Virus record (IMG/VR): IMGVR_UViG_2880074916_000002 | Location: 3,610-67,609 of that record | Source of the DNA: a virus | Taxonomy: Duplodnaviria > Caudoviricetes | Strand: one strand, 5' to 3' | Length of the DNA stretch: 64,000 bases | Part shown: positions 59,271 through 64,000 of the stretch, piece after piece | How the letters are laid out: each line of letters begins with the position of its first letter | Position numbering within the stretch: the first letter of the stretch is position 1 | Notes under the pieces: generated by a model | The model's input: only the letters and a program-made list of their open reading frames with translations | Told to the model about the DNA's origin: nothing | Databases searched by the model: none | Made by a program: the position numbers and the translations under genes

Positions 59271-60281
59271 ATGAACGCATTAACAACCCCACAAAATGGT
59301 CAGATTGCCCACTTAACTGCTTTTGACATCATGATGAATCCAGAAATTATGGATCGTTTTGAGCGCATTGCAGGTGTCATGGCTTCATCTAAATTTGCAG
59401 TGCCAAAACATCTTCAGGGTAACACTGGCGATTGTTTAGCCATCATTATGCAGTCAGCACAATGGCAAATGGACCCATTCGCAGTTGCTCAAAAAACCCA
59501 TCAAATTAATGGCGTACTGGGTTATGAGGCACAGCTTGTAAATGCTGTGATTACCAACCGTGCGCCAATTACAGGTCGTTTAAACTTTGAATGGTATGGC
59601 GACTGGAACAAAATCAACGGTAAAGAAGATAAGTCTTGGGATAAAGGCATTAAAGTTTGGGCAACTTTAAAAGGTGAAACCACCCCACGTGAAATTGATA
59701 TTTCTATGGGGCAAGTTGGAGGTATACGTAATTCACCACTTTGGGGGAGTGATCCACGCCAACAACTTGCATACCTAGCGATTAAACGTTGGTCGCGCTT
59801 ATATACGCCTGATGTAATCTTAGGTGTTTATACTCCTGATGAAATCGTAGAACGTGAAGAACTTGATGTTACCCCTGTTCAATCAACAGTAAAAAAACAT
59901 CAAGGTGCGAATGGACTCAAAGCTCAAATGGCTGAACGCGGACAATCACAAGAAACTGTTATTGATATGGCACCAGAGTTCAATACATCAGCCCTTTTGG
60001 CTCAAATTACCGATACTAAAACATTGGAGGAATTGAAAGCACTTGCTGCAACATTTCCTACCGATCTAGGCGAGCCAGCCCAAACTGATATTAAAAATGC
60101 TTATGGATGGCAAAAATTTTATCTACAGCTGATTGTAGATATTGAAGATGCAGCGGATGTTGAAACAATTAATATCGTTATGGGTGAACGTTTTGAGCCA
60201 AATAGCTCAAGTCTTTCAGATGCTCAAATCGATAATATTAACTCAATTTATGAACGTAAAGCTGCTGAATTAACAGCATAA
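59271..60281 (+). CDS. recT: RecT-family single-strand annealing protein
   Basis: VPKHLQGNTGDCLAI..Q..QWQMDPFAVAQKT; W.SDPRQQLAY...RWSRLYTPDVILGVYTPDE. Confidence 0.8.
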   Translation: MNALTTPQNGQIAHLTAFDIMMNPEIMDRFERIAGVMASSKFAVPKHLQGNTGDCLAIIMQSAQWQMDPFAVAQKTHQINGVLGYEAQLVNAVITNRAPITGRLNFEWYGDWNKINGKEDKSWDKGIKVWATLKGETTPREIDISMGQVGGIRNSPLWGSDPRQQLAYLAIKRWSRLYTPDVILGVYTPDEIVEREELDVTPVQSTVKKHQGANGLKAQMAERGQSQETVIDMAPEFNTSALLAQITDTKTLEELKALAATFPTDLGEPAQTDIKNAYGWQKFYLQLIVDIEDAADVETINIVMGERFEPNSSSLSDAQIDNINSIYERKAAELTA

Positions 60282-60332
60282 CTTTGGCATGTGGTGCCCT
60301 CATTTATGATGGGCACCAATAGTGAGATCAAA

Positions 60333-61823
60333 ATGAATCCAACTATTGAACAACAACATGCCATCGATATGGCATTGCAGGGTCAATCTTGCAAAGTAAC
60401 CGCATACGCAGGTGCTGGTAAAACCTCCACTCTTAAATTAATCGGCAATGCAAAGTCTTATCAAAATGGAATGTACCTAGCATTCAATAAAGCTATTGCT
60501 ACCGAAGCACAGTCTAAATTTAACCACAATGTTAAATGCAAAACCTTTCACAGCCTAGCTTATAACTCTGTCCCACGTTGGCTGACCAATAAATTGAAAA
60601 ATCGTCGTTTGATGTCAAATCAACTAGCATCACGCCACGATTTAGAGAATTACCAAGTACCAGTGGCATTGGTTAAACAACGTGGTGAAGATGATCAGAA
60701 ACGTTTATTCAATTCAAAACGTATGGCCACATCTATGATGAACGCAGTCGGATATTTCTGCCGTTCAAATCACGATGAAATTCAACTATCACAAGTTTAT
60801 GCTGCACTGCCTGACTGGATGGATGACACCTACCGTGCTGAATTGGCAAATATTCTTTTACCTAAGGCGCATGATTATTGGAATGATATTTTAAATCCTG
60901 CAGGTGTGAATCGTTTGGAGCATGATCATTACCTAAAATATTGGGCTTTGAGCAATCCTGTCATTAATGCTGACTTTATTTTATTTGATGAAGCACAAGA
61001 TGCTGATCCAATCATGTTGAATGTCTTGAGTAAGCAACGTGCCCAGGTGATTTATGTGGGTGATCGTCATCAACAGATCTATGCGTTTCGTGGGGCTGTA
61101 AATGCCATGCAATCCTTAGATATTGCTGAGACACGTTTGAGTCAATCATTCCGTTTTGGTAAAGGCATTGCTGATCTTGCCAATAAAATTTTGTTCAATG
61201 TCTTGGATGAAGAAATTCCATTACGTGGTTTTGAACAGATAAATTCACAGGTGAATGAAATTAGCGATGAAATTGCCGATGCATTTATTTATCGAACCAA
61301 TGCTGCCGCCCTGTCTAATATGGTTGAGTTGGTAAAAATTGGACGTGAGCCACGCTTGGAAGTTGATACAACCTCTTTAATCAGAAATATTGAAGATGCT
61401 AAAAAAGTCAAAGCTGGAATTAAAGTCCATGATGGTAGCGTTTTTGAGGGCTTCAATAATTGGGAAGAAGTCACTGAATACACGGAAGAAGTAACAGGCA
61501 ATGATTTAAAAGCACTTGTAAGCCTGATTGATAAAGTTGGTGAAAACGCTCTTATTGAATCTCTACTAAAAAGCAATTCTAGTGATTATGACTGCATAGT
61601 TACCACAGCACACAAATCCAAAGGCTTGGAATTTAACAAGGTTAAACTTGGTGGTGACTTTTTCTATAAAGAAACTGTATCTGATGGGGAGAAGATCCTA
61701 ACTGAAGATGAAGCGCGACTTTTATATGTTGCTGCTACTCGAGCAAAAAAACAGTTGGATATTTCTGCTTTAAATCCACTATTTAAGGGGATTGGATATT
61801 TAGCTCAGGAGAAAGCAGCATGA
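60333..61823 (+). CDS. SF1 UvrD-like 3'-5' helicase
   Basis: AYAGAGKTSTL, DEAQD, VGDRHQQIYAFRGA, TTAHKSKGLEF, LYVAATRAK. Confidence 0.9.
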   Translation: MNPTIEQQHAIDMALQGQSCKVTAYAGAGKTSTLKLIGNAKSYQNGMYLAFNKAIATEAQSKFNHNVKCKTFHSLAYNSVPRWLTNKLKNRRLMSNQLASRHDLENYQVPVALVKQRGEDDQKRLFNSKRMATSMMNAVGYFCRSNHDEIQLSQVYAALPDWMDDTYRAELANILLPKAHDYWNDILNPAGVNRLEHDHYLKYWALSNPVINADFILFDEAQDADPIMLNVLSKQRAQVIYVGDRHQQIYAFRGAVNAMQSLDIAETRLSQSFRFGKGIADLANKILFNVLDEEIPLRGFEQINSQVNEISDEIADAFIYRTNAAALSNMVELVKIGREPRLEVDTTSLIRNIEDAKKVKAGIKVHDGSVFEGFNNWEEVTEYTEEVTGNDLKALVSLIDKVGENALIESLLKSNSSDYDCIVTTAHKSKGLEFNKVKLGGDFFYKETVSDGEKILTEDEARLLYVAATRAKKQLDISALNPLFKGIGYLAQEKAA

Positions 61824-62023
61824 ATGGTTTTTATATTGTATGGAATGAAGAAGCTGGATCTCCAACTTATAAGCATGAAACACAACAATCCGCTGAGCGC
61901 GAAGCTGCACGTTTAGCAAAACAGAACCAAGGTCAAAAGTTTCACGTATTGAGTTCAATTTGCACTTTTGAAGTGCCTGATCCTGTGATCAAAACTGATC
62001 ATGAATTTGATTTGCCATTTTAA
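61820..62023 (+). CDS. Hypothetical phage protein
   Basis: 67 aa, ATGA overlap. Confidence 0.65.
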   Translation: MNGFYIVWNEEAGSPTYKHETQQSAEREAARLAKQNQGQKFHVLSSICTFEVPDPVIKTDHEFDLPF

Positions 62024-62034
62024 TAAGGGGTTAT

Positions 62035-62355
62035 TTGATGCGACCAATAGTCAAACAGAAAAACTTCCTAGGCTTCAAAATCTGGTTAGAAAATTTGGGT
62101 TATGAGGTGAAGCAATTAGATGGTGGTTTGGTAGCACGAGCAAAAAGTCGAGAAGCACAACGAGCATATAAAAAATCACATCATTATGTGCGTGTTGGCT
62201 CGGACCTTTCAGGGAATCAAGCAGCCTATGAGCTTGGGGCTGAATTTGAAAACCATCTTCGCGCACCTGAACAGACTTGCACAGCAAAAGCAGAACAGGA
62301 AATTCTGCATATTGTTAAAGGTGATTCACATGGAATGGGTTATCTGGTGGCTTGA
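62035..62355 (+). CDS. Hypothetical phage protein
   Basis: 106 aa, AGGGG SD. Confidence 0.6.
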   Translation: MMRPIVKQKNFLGFKIWLENLGYEVKQLDGGLVARAKSREAQRAYKKSHHYVRVGSDLSGNQAAYELGAEFENHLRAPEQTCTAKAEQEILHIVKGDSHGMGYLVA

Positions 62356-62453
62356 AATTATGTTGGTAGTAAACGGATTTTTATTTATTAACTTTGAATT
62401 ATGGTGGCTGTGATAGAAATTATTACAGTATTTAAATGCAAGTGAGGTGGAAT

Positions 62454-62720
62454 ATGTCACTTAAAACACTAAAAGAATTACCGCAAGAAAAGAAAAATCT
62501 AGTACTAGATGGTTTCTTGAATGCACATGAGGACATGAATTTTCCTCAAGAAGTCGTAGCTTTATATCTGGATTGTTCTCCGTGGACTTTAGCGAAAATG
62601 CGATGTGAGCAAAATGCGCTACCATTTACCAAAATTGGCAGACGCATTAGCTATAAAAAACGTGATGTCTTGGAATATGAAAAAAATAAGACAGTAACTT
62701 GTACAGCTCAACTTATGTAA
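62454..62720 (+). CDS. xis: Excisionase-like HTH protein
   Basis: QEVVALYLDCSPWTLAKMR...PFTKIGRRISYKKRDV; next to the integrase. Confidence 0.7.
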   Translation: MSLKTLKELPQEKKNLVLDGFLNAHEDMNFPQEVVALYLDCSPWTLAKMRCEQNALPFTKIGRRISYKKRDVLEYEKNKTVTCTAQLM

Positions 62721-62728
62721 ATATTCCA

Positions 62729-62750
62729 AAAGGCGGGTTATCCCGCCTTT
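62729..62750. terminator. Bidirectional terminator shared by xis and int (int stop lies in the loop)
   Basis: AAAGGCGGG-TTAT-CCCGCCTTT. Confidence 0.8.
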
Positions 62751-64000
62751 AATTCTTTAACCCTTTCATCCCAAACGGCTTGATAGTTAAAGCAATCTAT
62801 TTTCCCTTGATAAACAGCTTCAACCATATTCATACAAGCGCGCAATTCTTCATCTGGTATTTGGACGTAACCACCAGTTACATCAATCCTAGGTCGGGCT
62901 GTATGATTTAAAAGTCGTTTGGTCACATAAATATTAAATCTCAGTAAATTACAAATAGTGGCAAAAGTGCGCCGAAAATCATGTAGAGATACATAAAATT
63001 TAACTTGTTCTCCAACCTTATTAAGTAGCGTGTCCACTTTGGTGGCGTGCATATTCCAAGAAGTAGGCATTTTTGTTGCAGGAAACACCCAATCATTTTC
63101 ACGCAAAAGCCAGCGCTCTTTCAAAATACTAAGCAAATGATTGCCGATCGGGAAAGAATGATCATTACCATTTTTAGTGTCTAAAAAAATGATATTACCT
63201 TTCTTGAGATCAACGTCATTCCATTTTAAACCACAAACCTCTTGTTTTCGGCAACCTGTATACATGCAAAATAAAATAATGTCCCTGTTTGTATTTGATC
63301 TAGCAGTATTTTCTAAATTCAATTCATCTTTATAATTTAAAACAGCATTGTAATAAGGGTGAATTACATCTTTATGCAAATATCTTTCTCTGCTTTTTAT
63401 TTTATTCCACCCTTTTGTAACGTTAATTACTTCAACAGGATTGGTTTTAAGAATTGGCTTCTCATCTGTTGAGTGTAATACATGCATATAACGCCATAAT
63501 GTACCAAGTAAAGAAACAGATCCATTCGCGGAAGATTCACTCAGATTTGATACTTGAATAAATTTATCTAAAACTTCCTGTTTTGTAATAGCAAATAGCT
63601 TCTTATCCCCCCATTTTAAATAACCATTAAAATACTTTTTATATTGATTAACAGTTTTAGGTCGAAAATCATTATTTTCTAAATAAATTGCCAAAGCATC
63701 ATTAACTGTTATATCTAGTGGATCATTTACAGCAGCAAACTTAACTTCTTTTATATATTCACCATTTGCAATTTTAGCCAAAATCATTTGTGCTTTAGCT
63801 CTTGCGTTTGTAAATGGCAGATCGGTGGTTTTACCAATGGTAACCCTGTATAACTCCCCTTTATAACGTCTTTCAGCGATATAGGTTTTGCTCTTATTGG
63901 TTGCTCTAACAGCAAACCCAATAAGCTCACTGTCCCTATACATTTTTTGACCTTTTTCTGTCAATGGAATACCATCAACAATAGATTTGTTGAGTTTCAT
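62738..64000 (-). CDS. int: Tyrosine integrase with arm-binding N-terminal domain
   Basis: YTGCRKQE (R), LHDFRRTF (HxxR), LLNH and YVQ catalytic motifs; open 420 aa. Confidence 0.93.
   Translation of the reverse strand: MKLNKSIVDGIPLTEKGQKMYRDSELIGFAVRATNKSKTYIAERRYKGELYRVTIGKTTDLPFTNARAKAQMILAKIANGEYIKEVKFAAVNDPLDITVNDALAIYLENNDFRPKTVNQYKKYFNGYLKWGDKKLFAITKQEVLDKFIQVSNLSESSANGSVSLLGTLWRYMHVLHSTDEKPILKTNPVEVINVTKGWNKIKSRERYLHKDVIHPYYNAVLNYKDELNLENTARSNTNRDIILFCMYTGCRKQEVCGLKWNDVDLKKGNIIFLDTKNGNDHSFPIGNHLLSILKERWLLRENDWVFPATKMPTSWNMHATKVDTLLNKVGEQVKFYVSLHDFRRTFATICNLLRFNIYVTKRLLNHTARPRIDVTGGYVQIPDEELRACMNMVEAVYQGKIDCFNYQAVWDERVKELKAG

Larger units (their letters stand above)
3273..64000. mobile_element. 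Temperate podovirus-type prophage, probably defective; att sites not located
   Basis: Complete module order from integrase to lysis; portal, N4-gp56-like capsid and ejection-type proteins; no tape measure or sheath gene seen. Confidence 0.92.

Noticed and set aside
1763-62413. Many short ORF-track entries overlapping long genes on the opposite strand or frame (e.g. 1763-1948, 5765-5959, 9631-9897, 20833-21348, 44591-44773, 51797-52078, 55962-56156)
   Set aside because: Shadow ORFs with no RBS, no motif and conflict with well-supported genes.
1-64000. tRNA, rRNA or antibiotic-resistance genes
   Set aside because: None recognised by eye; a tRNAscan/Infernal run would be needed to exclude them formally.

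Overview
Most of the window (about 3.3-64 kb) is a temperate prophage with podovirus-type gene content, probably in an Acinetobacter host (AT-rich DNA, ISAba14-like IS3 elements). From right to left it carries: tyrosine integrase and excisionase; YqaJ/RecT/UvrD recombination genes; a cI/cro switch with readable operators; DUF1376 initiator with iterons plus a DnaC-like loader; terminases; portal, scaffold and N4-gp56-like capsid; tail genes; three large putative ejection proteins including a 2625-aa polyvalent protein; holin and GH24 endolysin. The prophage looks defective: two IS3 insertions, three frameshifts and an amber codon in terL, while the early, replication and lysis genes look intact. 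AT-rich accessory genes sit in defined slots: a TPR+HEPN pair, a Clp-fold protease plus small ORF, a stand-alone HEPN-like gene, AbiTii, and a membrane-anchored GIY-YIG. Most late slots are followed by a terminator and/or a recurring CCT-TAN-AGG motif that looks like a late-promoter element. At the left edge an IS630 sits upstream of an ABC-type ATPase plus putative nuclease pair. Also notable: a CsrA-fold late protein, a RyR-domain fusion and two predicted antisense RNAs. All family assignments come from motif recognition by eye; no searches were run.
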